Shown here: positions 41,196-52,109 of the stretch, piece after piece
Layout: each line of letters opens with the position of its first letter
How positions within the stretch are numbered: position 1 is the first letter of the stretch
Assembly: GCA_008690995.1 (NCBI GenBank)
Contig: VRMN01000001.1
Coordinates: 1,488,001-1,552,000 of the forward strand
DNA from: Porphyridium purpureum
Taxonomy: Eukaryota
Length of the DNA stretch: 64,000 bases
Reading direction: 5' to 3'
The notes under the pieces: generated by a model
What the model saw: only the letters and a program-made list of their open reading frames with translations
Database searches by the model: none
What the model was told of the DNA's origin: nothing
Made by a program: the position numbers and the translations under genes

Positions 41196-43796
41196 TTATT
41201 CCGATTTCTCCTCGCTCACACTCGAACATCCAACTAGCTGACCTGCCTGCGAGTAATGCCGGACTAGTGCAAATCGAAGGTCTGCAGCGTATACCGCCGC
41301 TTCGAGATCAAATCGACACACATCACGCGCGATGACGCGCGGCACACACACCGATACCACATGCTTGCCGCCATGCACGGGGAAAAAGTATTGCACCACG
41401 TCTGGCACCTCTCTTTCAAGGTGGGTGAACTTGATACAGCAGTCTGCGTTTTCCGGGTTGCCGCGAGCTTGGTCCTGCATCACAACACCGGCAATGCCTT
41501 CGTAGTAGAGCGGATGCTGTTCACCTGCTCGAACGGACGCCACGGTAGATGCGCCAAGTGCCCACGTCTTGAGTATTGAACACTGTGCAATGCGCTCCTT
41601 GTCGCGCCGCATGGCGGCTCGTACAGCCTTGGTACGTTTACGATCCGACTCTGCCGATCTTCCCGTCGCAGTCAGTGGTGGTTGACTGCCGCGCGGTGGC
41701 GACATGAGCTCATTCCGCTCATTCGGCTCCGCGCCCTCTTTCCGCCAAGTGACTTCGTCCAAGCGCACGGCATCATTCTCGATTAGGCACGATTCGCTCG
41801 GGAGCTTTTCACAAGGAGCAGCATGCTGGAATGGATAGATGCATACGGCACTACCGCGCCATTTGCCTAGAACTGCTCGTAGAACATGCTCCGCGTCCGT
41901 CACTTGGGGCACGGACAGCAAGTGGTTTGTGATTATAGGCTCTTCGGATTGGTTCGCATCTTGACGCAAAGACACGATAGTTATTCGGGTAGGACGTACT
42001 GCCGCATGTCTTTTCTTGCCTTGATCGAGATGATCCAACTCTCCAAGTAACTCAATGTCCAGTCGAACGCCGCGCTCAAGCACAAAGCCGAACGCAGCGA
42101 TCCGCAGCGGTTCGGATAGTTTTGCCTTGTCGGTGGCAAGGCTCAACGTTTTGAGCTGCGTGAAGCCATTGGTCCATTTGCCGCCTTCGAACACAAGCAT
42201 TCCATCTAAAAATGGGTTCATAGAAATGCGAAACTTGCGCTGCTTGTCACTTTCCATCCACAATGTCCCGAATTCCCGCGCTTCGCGATCCATTTTGACA
42301 AGCGTTCCGCCTTTTGTCTGCACGACCACCTCGCTAAAGTCCTCAGGCTCCAGAAAGCGAACCGATTCAGTCACTGACGTCTCGATGGCTCCAGTTCTGG
42401 AGCACGCGCACATTTCGTCCTCCGTATGAAGCGTCCATGTCAAAGAGCTGCCGCGCCACTCGCCTTCCAGCCATTCGCGCCCCTGCTCAATGGGGTTGGG
42501 GTATGGATGTGAACGCCGCGATTCTCCGTGTTCAGCGGGATTTTGTCGCGCATCTGATCTGCGGCTTTGCAAGTCTTCTAGCTGGTAATTGAACGGAGGA
42601 AGATCAAAAGAGCGCCCCTCTACCACAACGCCGCCGCGCTTCTGCTCGGCCGCCCGCCATTCCTCCACATCCTCACGGTCCGGTAAGTCCATGTGCGCGG
42701 GCACAACCCCGGCGAGCGGTTCGAGAGCCTCGTCGCGCGCCTGCTGCTCGGCCCAGCCGCTCATCGCGCTTTCTAGTTCTTTCTCAATATTTTCAGGGCT
42801 ATCGCGTCGGACCGGCTCGAGATTATGCTCGACCAAGATTTTCGCCAATTCTTCATCATCTGCATCGGCTTCTGCAAGAACTTGCTCGCGCAGCGCGCGC
42901 GCAAAACTGCTATTCTCGTCAAACTCATCACTGTCGAATGCGGCACCAATGCTATCGTACAAATCAGGGTTCGGTGCACGCCATGCGCGCCCCGTCACCG
43001 GATCACGTATTTTGTTTAGCTCGAGCTCCTTTTCAACTTCTGCAGCTCGACGCACGTGATCAAAGCCGTCCGGAATGTCTTCGTCATCATTGCCATCGAA
43101 AATTTCTGGCAAGCTGTCCGTGGCCTTCTTGCTCCAGTCCGGTTCCAGGAAGGCCGGGTTGGCATTCACTGAATTGACCCCTGGTTGGAACTCTGGCGAC
43201 AGCCGCGCGCGCCACTCGCCGAACTCGAGCTCCTCTGCCAATTCTGCGCGTTCAGAGCCCCGTTCCCGCATGAAATTCAAGCGCCTGTCCTCTTCGTCCT
43301 CCACAGGAAATCGGAAGCCTTCAAACGCCTCGCGCTTTGGCAGCTCGTTTATGTCACGGATAACGAACTCTTTGTTCTCTTCGGATGGTCGCTTGGAATA
43401 CGGCGGAGGAGTCGGTCGCTGACCCTGATAGTAAAACGCACTGTCGGTGAAACCGTCCTTGAACCACTGCTTTTTGCCAGATTCAGATCCGTCGCGACCT
43501 GGAGCCACATCGCCTTCATCGTTCTGGTCTGCACCAGACTGAGCGCATAGCGTCACCCGACATGCATGGCCTCGACCTGCGTTTGCGCCTCGAGCACAGG
43601 TACTGAATGAGCAGTTGTGTCGCTTCCGAGACGCTCCGCCACAAGATTCCTCTGACCAGATCGGCGTTCGCTGGTGTCCAGCCTGGTGCGCGGTGCGCTG
43701 TGCTCGCACGCAGACGCAGTTATGACCACGGTCGCGACCTGATGCACACGCAACGTGCGGTGCGACGAACGAGCATTGCGGCGCCGGCGTCGACAT
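41196..43796 (-). CDS. Probable plastid protein with an acidic N-terminal half and a DUF3598-like beta-barrel C-terminal half
   Basis: Transit-like MSTPAPQCSFV, two G.W.G motifs (LEGEWRGS, LGKWRGSA) and terminal LVRHYSQAGQLVGCSSVSEEK. Confidence 0.55.
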   Translation of the reverse strand: MSTPAPQCSFVAPHVACASGRDRGHNCVCVRAQRTAHQAGHQRTPIWSEESCGGASRKRHNCSFSTCARGANAGRGHACRVTLCAQSGADQNDEGDVAPGRDGSESGKKQWFKDGFTDSAFYYQGQRPTPPPYSKRPSEENKEFVIRDINELPKREAFEGFRFPVEDEEDRRLNFMRERGSERAELAEELEFGEWRARLSPEFQPGVNSVNANPAFLEPDWSKKATDSLPEIFDGNDDEDIPDGFDHVRRAAEVEKELELNKIRDPVTGRAWRAPNPDLYDSIGAAFDSDEFDENSSFARALREQVLAEADADDEELAKILVEHNLEPVRRDSPENIEKELESAMSGWAEQQARDEALEPLAGVVPAHMDLPDREDVEEWRAAEQKRGGVVVEGRSFDLPPFNYQLEDLQSRRSDARQNPAEHGESRRSHPYPNPIEQGREWLEGEWRGSSLTWTLHTEDEMCACSRTGAIETSVTESVRFLEPEDFSEVVVQTKGGTLVKMDREAREFGTLWMESDKQRKFRISMNPFLDGMLVFEGGKWTNGFTQLKTLSLATDKAKLSEPLRIAAFGFVLERGVRLDIELLGELDHLDQGKKRHAAVRPTRITIVSLRQDANQSEEPIITNHLLSVPQVTDAEHVLRAVLGKWRGSAVCIYPFQHAAPCEKLPSESCLIENDAVRLDEVTWRKEGAEPNERNELMSPPRGSQPPLTATGRSAESDRKRTKAVRAAMRRDKERIAQCSILKTWALGASTVASVRAGEQHPLYYEGIAGVVMQDQARGNPENADCCIKFTHLEREVPDVVQYFFPVHGGKHVVSVCVPRVIARDVCRFDLEAAVYAADLRFALVRHYSQAGQLVGCSSVSEEKSE

Positions 43797-43958
43797 CAAC
43801 CTTAAACGCGGCGCGGCCGCAGTGAAGGTGACGGCAAACGTGCTCTGCCAGCCAACAAGTCAGATCGCGTCCTTTTCAATTGTGTGCTTGCGACTTTTGT
43901 ATCTCTTTCTTTCGCCTCCCACTTCTGTCGAGCACGAACGAGTGACAGAACAAAGGGA

Positions 43959-44876
43959 ATGGGAGCAGGCGACGGCGACAAGACGCACAGGAGCGAGGTG
44001 TCCATGGCGGCAGAGTCTCCTACACCTGGCGCGCAGAGGGTGCTTGAGGAAGGCCGTGTGGGAAATTACCATTCATACTATGGAAAGAGGCGCAAGTTGA
44101 TGGCTGTGTTTCAGGCGCAGAACGCGCAGGCCACTGCAGCATCTGGAGCGGACGAGGGAGACGGCGACGAAAATACTTCGACGGGCCACAGCAGCTCTTC
44201 TACTGCGCCTGGATCTGCCTTGTATTCGGATGAGAGACTGGACCTTCTGAAAGAGGAATGGGTGCGCGGCAAGCGCGTGCTCGACCTTGGCTGCAATGAC
44301 GGCACCTTTGTGTACGACTTGGTGGCCAGATTCCAGCCGCGTAGCGTGCTCGGGGTCGATATTGATCGCGCATTGATTGACGACGCGAAGAAGCGCCGCA
44401 AGAATATGCGGCGGCGGTGGCGCCAGAATAGCGGGCGGACTGGTGAAGCAAAGTCCAGCACAGATCCTTTGCTCTGTGTGCATTTCTGTTGCGAGGATAT
44501 AATTTCACCTGACGCCAAGTGGGCGCAGCATGCTGGCGCATACGATCTCGTGCTCCTCATGAGCGTGACCAAGTGGATCCATCTCCACCACGGCGATGCC
44601 GGTATCAAGCAGGTATTCAAAAACGTCGCGAACGTCCTCGCGCCACGCGGAGTGTTTGTTCTGGAGTACCAGCGGTGGAGCACGTACAGACGCAAAGCCA
44701 ATCTATCTACCGAGGTGCACCAAAACTATAAGTCCATTCGCCTCAGACCAGAGGTGTTTGATACATACCTTGAGCATGAATGCGGTCTCAAGCCGGGGCC
44801 CCCAATACGACCACGCGGTGTCACTGGGCAGCCGTACAACCGCCCAATGCTTTCATTCCGCAAGGGCCCTGTCTAG
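43959..44876 (+). CDS. Bin3/MePCE-family RNA 5'-phosphate methyltransferase
   Basis: GNYHSYYG, DERL, VLDLGCNDG, GVDID, SVTKWIHLHHGD and FVLEYQ.W..Y. Confidence 0.93.
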   Translation: MGAGDGDKTHRSEVSMAAESPTPGAQRVLEEGRVGNYHSYYGKRRKLMAVFQAQNAQATAASGADEGDGDENTSTGHSSSSTAPGSALYSDERLDLLKEEWVRGKRVLDLGCNDGTFVYDLVARFQPRSVLGVDIDRALIDDAKKRRKNMRRRWRQNSGRTGEAKSSTDPLLCVHFCCEDIISPDAKWAQHAGAYDLVLLMSVTKWIHLHHGDAGIKQVFKNVANVLAPRGVFVLEYQRWSTYRRKANLSTEVHQNYKSIRLRPEVFDTYLEHECGLKPGPPIRPRGVTGQPYNRPMLSFRKGPV

Positions 44877-45489
44877 AAGTGGAGTGAGGATGCAAGCTGC
44901 GATTCATCCTTCACGGCTGCTGCATTTCAGCACCACAGGACAGGAAACGAAACGGATACCCCGTAGAACATGGTGCCTCAGTCACAGATGCAAAGGACCC
45001 AGCAACCTCTTTTTTTCGCCAGTCGAGCGGACAATATTCAATTAACACTCCAAGTAGACATTCCGTGTGCCTGATCGTCGGCGAATGTATTCGAATCACC
45101 AGCACAAACGCACGGGCCACGAACCGCAAAGCTTAAGAGCGGCAAGCAGAGGCCACGCCGCATGTGTCATGCAAAATACGTCTGAGCATACTTGACAGCG
45201 CATCAGTTCAGAGTCAACGAGCGCCTCTGAAGCAGCAACATGCATGCGCGCTGGCCTTGGTGTGGAGTCGCCGGAAAATGTGCTCGAGCGCAAGCGCTTC
45301 TCGCTTCTCCAAAAGGCGTCCTTGCTACCGTCGCCCATTTGATTGAGCATCTATTTGCCCGGCAGAGATTGAGCGTGTCTTTGCCATACACGAGAGATAC
45401 CACGCTGCAACCGACGCCAAGCCACAGTTGGTCGAAAAGACATGCGTTTGCCCCTCAAAGTACACAAAAGAGGAAGCCTGAGCTTGTTT

Positions 45490-45960
45490 CTACGGTTGCT
45501 GATGCTCATCTTTACGTATGCTGCTGGGCGTGAAAAGATCAGGACGTATCGCGACGCCTTCTTCGATGCTGTCCTGCGTGCTTCCTGGTTTGAGACTGCG
45601 ACAGGCCAAAACCCCGCCGAACAGATCGGTACAACTTCCCATGGCTGTGAATATCAGCAGCGGGACGTAGCTCTTCCGCTTGATGCATAGTGGCACAGCC
45701 ACAGCTGTGGCTGCAATAGTGAACACATTTTTTGTGGCACCTAGCACGCATTCGCCGTATGGCTGCCCTTCATGCGCGGGACCAAACAGAGACGGCGACT
45801 CGGTTCCGTCGCCGCGCTCAGTCACCTCAATGCGCGGAATCCACGACCGCCATCCTTCCGCCTGTGCCCCGGGCATTCCAGCCAAGGCTTTTACCGCTTG
45901 GTTCCACGGCGCGTGCTCACGCTCATCCGCCCCGCCCGGATCCGATCCGGAACTCGCCAT
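45490..45960 (-). CDS. Small hypothetical membrane protein
   Basis: 156-aa ORF starting at ATG with two hydrophobic segments. Confidence 0.55.
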   Translation of the reverse strand: MASSGSDPGGADEREHAPWNQAVKALAGMPGAQAEGWRSWIPRIEVTERGDGTESPSLFGPAHEGQPYGECVLGATKNVFTIAATAVAVPLCIKRKSYVPLLIFTAMGSCTDLFGGVLACRSLKPGSTQDSIEEGVAIRPDLFTPSSIRKDEHQQP

Positions 45961-47431
45961 GCTTCTCTCGCTTCGGACAACCGCTGAGTGTCCCTGTGAA
46001 CATGTGTCGCGTGTGGATTGGGAGTCCGCGACGCGAATCTGGCCGGCGTGCGCGAAGGGCTGGGACAGCCAGGCTCGTTACGGTTTGATGTGGCCCGGTT
46101 TTGACGCAGCGACACGGCGGAAAGCCGGTTGCAGGATGAGCGCCCTCGACACGCGTCTGTCGGACGCCTGTTGAAGAGCAGCAGCGCGTCGAGAGTAATT
46201 CGTTTCTGTCGCTTGCGATGTGCACAGACAACTTTGCCAATGGACGACGAAGGAGGAAAGAGTCGTTAAGGACAACCTCCGTGTTCAGGTTCCTTGTCCT
46301 TCATGTTCTTGAGCTTCTCTTTCTTTTCCTTGCGGCGAGGAGAGCCGTAGCTTTTGGGCGTTGGGCATGGGATGTGAGGATCGAAGCAGGAAGGATTGTG
46401 TGATTGCTGAGTTTGGGGTCGGCAGGCGTGCGTGCTTGTTGATGCTGATTCGACAGGCCGCGTCCAAGCGTTAGAAAGGTTCAAGGATTGGGCATGGTGA
46501 TTCGTGGCGCGAGTGAGAGCTCCGCAACAAGCTTCGTCGCATGGGCAAAACAGGATCGAGGATCGAGGCTGGTTCCGGGTGGCTGCGCGCAAAGGGTCCA
46601 ATGACGCAGGGGTGGTTTTAGTTGTCGCGCCGGTTGGGATGGTCGGCTGTTTTTTAACACAGTCCGTAAGTCTCAGCTGACGTTGCAGATGATTGTAACC
46701 CTAGAGTATCGTCTTTTGTTTGTTTGTCGGGCATCTTTCCTCGGAAGGCAGCTCGACGCTTCTTTTCCCCTTTTTCCTGTTTGGCTCTCTGTGCCTGGCA
46801 GGTCTGTTGCACTGGCTCTGCGTCAATCCAGGCCAAACTTTGCGCGCAGCAGACGCTGAGGAGCGAACGTTCGAGCATGATGCATCTCTGGACAAGGCAG
46901 TTCTGTACAGATCTGCGCTGCGCCTTTCGGTGCGAAGCAGGTCTAGGCCAAGCAGGGTGTAGGATTAGTGTGACGCTTGGATAATCGTCGCATCCAGTTC
47001 ACGCCCTCAAGTCGTTGTGGAATTGCCTCATTCCGGGTCGCGCTTCAACGCCTCTCGCTCTCTCTTTCTCGGTCCCGAATTTCATTTCGGTACCCCGCCA
47101 GTTCGGTTCTCGCGCACTTCTGCGGGTCTTTTTTTTATGTTCTTTCTTTTCTTTACCCCCGGCAGAGCTGGTTTGTTTCCGTGATGATCGGCGTGTTCCC
47201 ATAACCTGTTCCTCGCGCGCTGCCTCGATTCGGCCGCATCCCCTTTCGTATTTCCTCGGCAGATGTCAGCCCAGCCACATTTTTTTTGGTGCTTGCGTTC
47301 TACACGCACACCTCCCATTCCAACGGGACGCAACTGCGACGGTAATCGGATTGTCTCTATGATGAATGCTGCGGGCTGCATACCTGCACTGACCACATGT
47401 TTGTGACACTGTCTAACCTTTCTCTGTCTGA

Positions 47432-48709
47432 CTATCTCCCTTCGTTTACAAGCTGGCCGCACGCAGCATGAGCCTCATCTCCGCGCGGCATGCGTACAAA
47501 CGCAGTGAGTCCTCTTGCTCGCAGGATGCGCTGGAAAGCCCAGATGCGCTCTTTCGAGGACGGCCGAAACGCATCAAATTGCGGGAATCCGGGCAAAGTG
47601 ACGATGTTGTACGGGATTAGATCGACACACACCCGTACGCGGACGTCACCGGAAAGCTGCAGGGGCAGAAGCAAATCTGCAATGCCATGCGCGTGGTGCT
47701 CATGATCGTTGATTAAATGCAGCATGGTGATACCCACGCGAAGTACTCTCTGATGCGCGCCCGAGCGAGCCACCATGGCACTTCCAAACGCGTCGCGCAA
47801 CTCAGCCACACTGTGCGTGGCTGTCGGTACCAGGGTCTTTCTCAGCGCGTCGTCTGCCGTGTGAAGGCTCCACGCAAGCAACGCTGGCAGGTCGGCCATG
47901 CGAAGCACAGAAGACGGATTCAGTCCGACCGTGCTCACCGTGATGCTAGTCCTGCTCATACCAAAGCCCTGTGTGTCAGTGAGAACGCGCAGTGCATGCC
48001 GCACGTTGCGGAGATTCGCTCCAGCGTCACCTTCGCCCATGAACACCAGGCGACTGAGCGGTGGCAACGCGGGTGCACGGTTGGCTGCCGTCCCTTGCTT
48101 CGCGGTGGACGACTCACGAATCAATTGCTGAGCAAGATGCACTTGCGCCACGATTTCAGACGCCGCCAAGTTGCGCAGCAGTCCTCGCGTGCCAGTAGCG
48201 CAAAACGCGCATGCCTGCCTGCACCCAACTTGAGAGCTGACACACAACGTGCTTCGAGCCTCCCGCGCCGGGTCGAGCACCACTTCAGCTTGCGTGCGGC
48301 GGCGCTCGAAATGCGGAATTATCACGCTCTCCACGCGCCGGCCGTCCTCGCGTAGTTCCACCAGCAGCTTGGTCGTGCCATCATGGGCGCTACTCGTGTG
48401 GACGATAACCGCCGGAAGGTCGATGCCGTGCTGCTTCAAATATCGGCGCGCGTGCTCGCTGACGGCCGGGTCGTCTCGCGGCGATATGCTTCGCCCGCTG
48501 CGAATCGACTGCCACACAGATTTTGCCCGGCCCGTACCGCCCAACTGCTGCGCAAGCTCCTCAAACGGAACGTAGAGACCCAAGTTGGTAGCCGAGGCGC
48601 CGCTGCCTGCAGACGGTGACCACGCTGCGGCGGCGCTCGCGGTTGTCAGCCAGCCCACCCGGGGCGTGATTGAAGCAACCTTTGGCGGGTGCAGAGGCGG
48701 CACAAACAT
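47432..48709 (-). CDS. rlmN: RlmN/Cfr-family radical SAM RNA methyltransferase, probably organelle-targeted
   Basis: DGTTKLL, VESVIIP, TLCVSSQVGCRQACAFCATG (CxxxCxxC), ITVSTVG, WSLH, LIPYN and AACGQL. Confidence 0.92.
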   Translation of the reverse strand: MFVPPLHPPKVASITPRVGWLTTASAAAAWSPSAGSGASATNLGLYVPFEELAQQLGGTGRAKSVWQSIRSGRSISPRDDPAVSEHARRYLKQHGIDLPAVIVHTSSAHDGTTKLLVELREDGRRVESVIIPHFERRRTQAEVVLDPAREARSTLCVSSQVGCRQACAFCATGTRGLLRNLAASEIVAQVHLAQQLIRESSTAKQGTAANRAPALPPLSRLVFMGEGDAGANLRNVRHALRVLTDTQGFGMSRTSITVSTVGLNPSSVLRMADLPALLAWSLHTADDALRKTLVPTATHSVAELRDAFGSAMVARSGAHQRVLRVGITMLHLINDHEHHAHGIADLLLPLQLSGDVRVRVCVDLIPYNIVTLPGFPQFDAFRPSSKERIWAFQRILRARGLTAFVRMPRGDEAHAACGQLVNEGR

Positions 48710-49946
48710 GACGGGAGAATCGGGATACGTAGACTCTCTATCCGACTCGCAGCGTGGTGCGCTCGCCTCGCTGCGTGAAAAGCTGACTCTGCCACTCGCG
48801 GCGTCCGGCGATGACAATCAAAGGATTGTGTCCATGTTCGGCGTGGATCTGACCCCACAAGAGAGTGATGGAACCGCGCAAGCACCGGATCTCGACGTGC
48901 AGAAGAGAAAGCAGGATGTCGTGCTGCTCAAGTTTTTGCGCGCGCGCGAGTTTGACGTGGACGCGGCATGGAACATGCTGGAGAAGTCGATGCGGTGGCG
49001 CCACGAGTTTGGCGCCGATAAGGTCGCGGACGACTTGACAAACCCGGAATTTGCCGCCGACATGCGCGGCTTTGGGTGCGTATTCGGCCGCGATCGTGAG
49101 GCAAACCCGGTCACCTGGAATTTTTATGGCGCCATGGACCCGAACGCCGAGCTCGACATTGAAACGTTTATCCGGTGGCGTGTGGCGCTTCATGAAACGG
49201 CCATGCGCATGCTGGACTTCTCGGCGCCGGACGGCCGTGAGCCGCGCATTTCGCAGGTCCACGACTATGAGAACGCGTCGATGAGCGCGGCGGGAAACAT
49301 GCGAGCTGCTTCCAAACGAATTATTGCCATTTTTCAGGATAATTATCCAGAGTTGCTTGCTGTCAAGCTTTTCTGTAACGTGCCGCGCGTGATGTCGGGT
49401 CTGTTTGCCATCATGACAGCATTCACCTCTGGTCGAACGTCGCGCAAGTTTCGCATGGTCTCGCACGGGACGACAGCTACGGCCATTCTGGAGCTCGTCG
49501 AGCCAGATCAGTGCGTGGACAAATTTAATATCTTTGCGTCGTCCTCGACGTCCAAAGAAGCCGCCGCCGCCGCTGCGGCCGGTCCATCTGCACTGATCCG
49601 AAAAGTTGAGCTTCAAGCGCATGGAAAGGAGACACAGACCGTTGACTTGCTTGTGCCCGGCGACGAGCTTCACTTCCAATTCTGGAGCCTTTCCAGTCTA
49701 AACGTTACACTGCATCTTTCGCCCGCCAAGGCCGGTGAGTCGGCCGCTCGGCAGGTGTTCCACACCAAGTCAAGCGTGGGAAGCAGCGTCTACGTGATTC
49801 AAGCGCTGGATGGACCGCCAGCAGCAGCGCAGCAGTCTTGCAGTGCGAGTCTGTCATTTGTGAGTCTCAGCGGAGCGCCGACCTTGCTCTACTACCGCAC
49901 GTGGACCAAGTCGACAGACAAGCGAGGTCTTGCGGCGCTCATGTGA
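48708..49946 (+). CDS. Sec14/CRAL-TRIO lipid transfer protein (patellin/Sfh5-like)
   Basis: GYVDSLSDSQ..AL, DVVLLKFLRAREF, WR..F, QVHDY, FQDNYPE and F.NVP, with a beta-rich GOLD-like C-terminus. Confidence 0.92.
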   Translation: MTGESGYVDSLSDSQRGALASLREKLTLPLAASGDDNQRIVSMFGVDLTPQESDGTAQAPDLDVQKRKQDVVLLKFLRAREFDVDAAWNMLEKSMRWRHEFGADKVADDLTNPEFAADMRGFGCVFGRDREANPVTWNFYGAMDPNAELDIETFIRWRVALHETAMRMLDFSAPDGREPRISQVHDYENASMSAAGNMRAASKRIIAIFQDNYPELLAVKLFCNVPRVMSGLFAIMTAFTSGRTSRKFRMVSHGTTATAILELVEPDQCVDKFNIFASSSTSKEAAAAAAAGPSALIRKVELQAHGKETQTVDLLVPGDELHFQFWSLSSLNVTLHLSPAKAGESAARQVFHTKSSVGSSVYVIQALDGPPAAAQQSCSASLSFVSLSGAPTLLYYRTWTKSTDKRGLAALM

Positions 49947-50229
49947 TCTCCTGAATCAGCGCAATTTGAGTTCAACCTCCCGGGAAAGCGAGATCGTTTG
50001 TGTCATTCTTTCGTACAACTCCTGAAGATAATTCGTTCGCAATGACTGCTTCAACCTGCACTGCAAGACATTCAATGAAAAGCGGAATCTGTTCCATGTT
50101 CGAGCAAAAAGTGAAACCAGTGGAGCAACGGCAAAAAGTGGAATTCTGGCAGAGAGGAGGGACAAACGATTCGAAGTAGAGCATTTTCAGACAGACACCA
50201 GGAGAAATGAAGGATGGAATCGAGATGTA

Positions 50230-50580
50230 ACCACTGCACGTCATATCCTGGCTTGAGGTAACTTCCAGGATGCTTTGGGCGTACTACTACACAAGCTATT
50301 ATCGGAGAAACCCTCCATTTTTGCTCTCGCCTCTTTAGCTGCCTTCTGCAGCTCTTCCACACCATAGTATTGCGTTCGTTCACCGAGAGGCTGTTGTCGC
50401 AGATAGCAACAGATATTCTCCATTGAGATCGAATCCGGCGAAAGCGCCGCCTGATTCAACATGTCCTACTTTGCGTCTTTCGACCGGTCCAGTGTCAACG
50501 GGGCCTGTGCAACGAGCAACGCCGCCGCGCATGAATGTGACGCAACCGAAATCCTCGTCGGGTATCAAGTGAGCCAAGAT
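50230..50580 (-). mobile_element. Highly decayed Tc1/mariner transposase remnant
   Basis: Fragments VTFMRGGVARCT (cf. FQQDNA..H) and ALSPDSISMENICCYL...EELQKA (cf. SPDLNPIENLW) lie in shifting frames within lower-GC DNA. Confidence 0.55.
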
Positions 50581-52109
50581 TTGTCCGACATTATCCAGTG
50601 CTCTGCGATGGTCTGGCCATACGAATAACAGTCATTTACCAACGATTGGGCAAGCTTTTCAAGACCCAACCCTTGCAATGCCGAGGATGTGTATTTGACA
50701 GTGCCGTTCGGCCTGGCTTGGTCGTATGCTGTGGCTACCGCAATGTCGACATTCTGCAATTTCATGTGCAAAAGTATCTTAAAGTTCCGTATCACTTCCA
50801 ACCCAATTCAATCGCATCTTTTGAATACGCGTCTGCTTGCAAAAGGCTTGGGTATTCCTTTTCCCTCAATCATGCTAGACTCGAACCAGGTATCGTCGTG
50901 ACCAGCTGATTCCTGTGTGCCTGCATCTCCCGTGCTGACGCATTTTTTTTTCTTCTTCATATCCGAGCTTGAGCTGACTGAAACCTTTTTCACACCCTTT
51001 CAAAAACCACCGTGTGCCTGACAAAGGGTCTGCGACGCCCTTTTCTCGACAGGCGCTTTACCAACGTCTTCGAACTTATTCTAGAGTCCCAATTTTCGGA
51101 CGACCCCTGCGCTACGGCTCACGTAGCGCTCCTCGCTAGCGAACAGAACAAGCCAGCATCCCCGCTACTCGTACGCCGCGTCTGATTCCTCGTAGCGGCA
51201 ATGAAGTCTGTTCTCCTTTTCTTTCATTCTGTCTTCAGAAATACAGCCACGAAAGCACGAGCCGAAGTCTCCTTGTGTCATTATATTCCACGGCACCAGA
51301 AAAAGAATACTGCGGAGTGAAAGCCGTATCTTTGAAACTTTTGAGAACCCCCCTCGAAGCCCATTTCTGGAGCCGTACGCCAGGGTGCTACCGCTGCCTA
51401 CACGCTCTCCGGAAGGCACCCTTGTTCCGGCCTCGATATGCGTTGAACTCTTCACACCCACTCTGCAGTCTCCCTACCTTTTCGCAACCTGAACGCAGCC
51501 ACAGCAGCAGCAGCAGCAGCACCACCACCTGCCACTCAGGCTTGACCGAAAGACAGTGTACTGCTCAGAGTCCTTCTTTTCCTGCGTTCACGTGTCCAGC
51601 TCTGAGCGTGCAGCGCCGTCTCAGCAGCATGAGTTCTCTCTCCAGGCGATTCCTGTTTTGCCCTGTTCCCGGCTGCATTGTGCGCGTTCACGATGACTGT
51701 ACACACGCGAGAACCGCGCCTGTGCTTGCGGACACGCGTGTGGCCGACAGGCGTCGTCTTTGTGAAGCCAGGCACGATCGTCGGGCACGTACGCGAATGC
51801 ACCGCAGGTCGCGCGCGCAAGTCGAGTCGGCGCACGCTTTACTCGTGTGATCGCGTCCGCTGCGAGACGTGTTGGTTGGGGCTTTTTAGGTTGTGTCGGT
51901 GCGCTTGGGCGTCAGCGGGGTGTGTGTTCTCGTGTGGTGGTGTGTGCGTTCTGCGCGCAAACACAAGGACGAGCTCTCGTCTTCGTTTTTGGGCAGGTGG
52001 GTAGAGATACGGCTTGTTGGAGGGGCGGGCTAGATAAAGAATAGTGGTGTCGGGCGTGAGAGCTGCAAAGCCTGACGCTGCGAGTGACGTAGAGTGCGCG
52101 ATCGTCGCG

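Noticed and set aside
45085..45105. TTCGAATC as a tRNA T-loop
   Set aside because: No supporting T-stem, acceptor stem or D-arm.
46696..46703. TAACCCTA as a telomerase-template or telomere-like word
   Set aside because: A single 8-mer is expected by chance in 64 kb and has no supporting structure.
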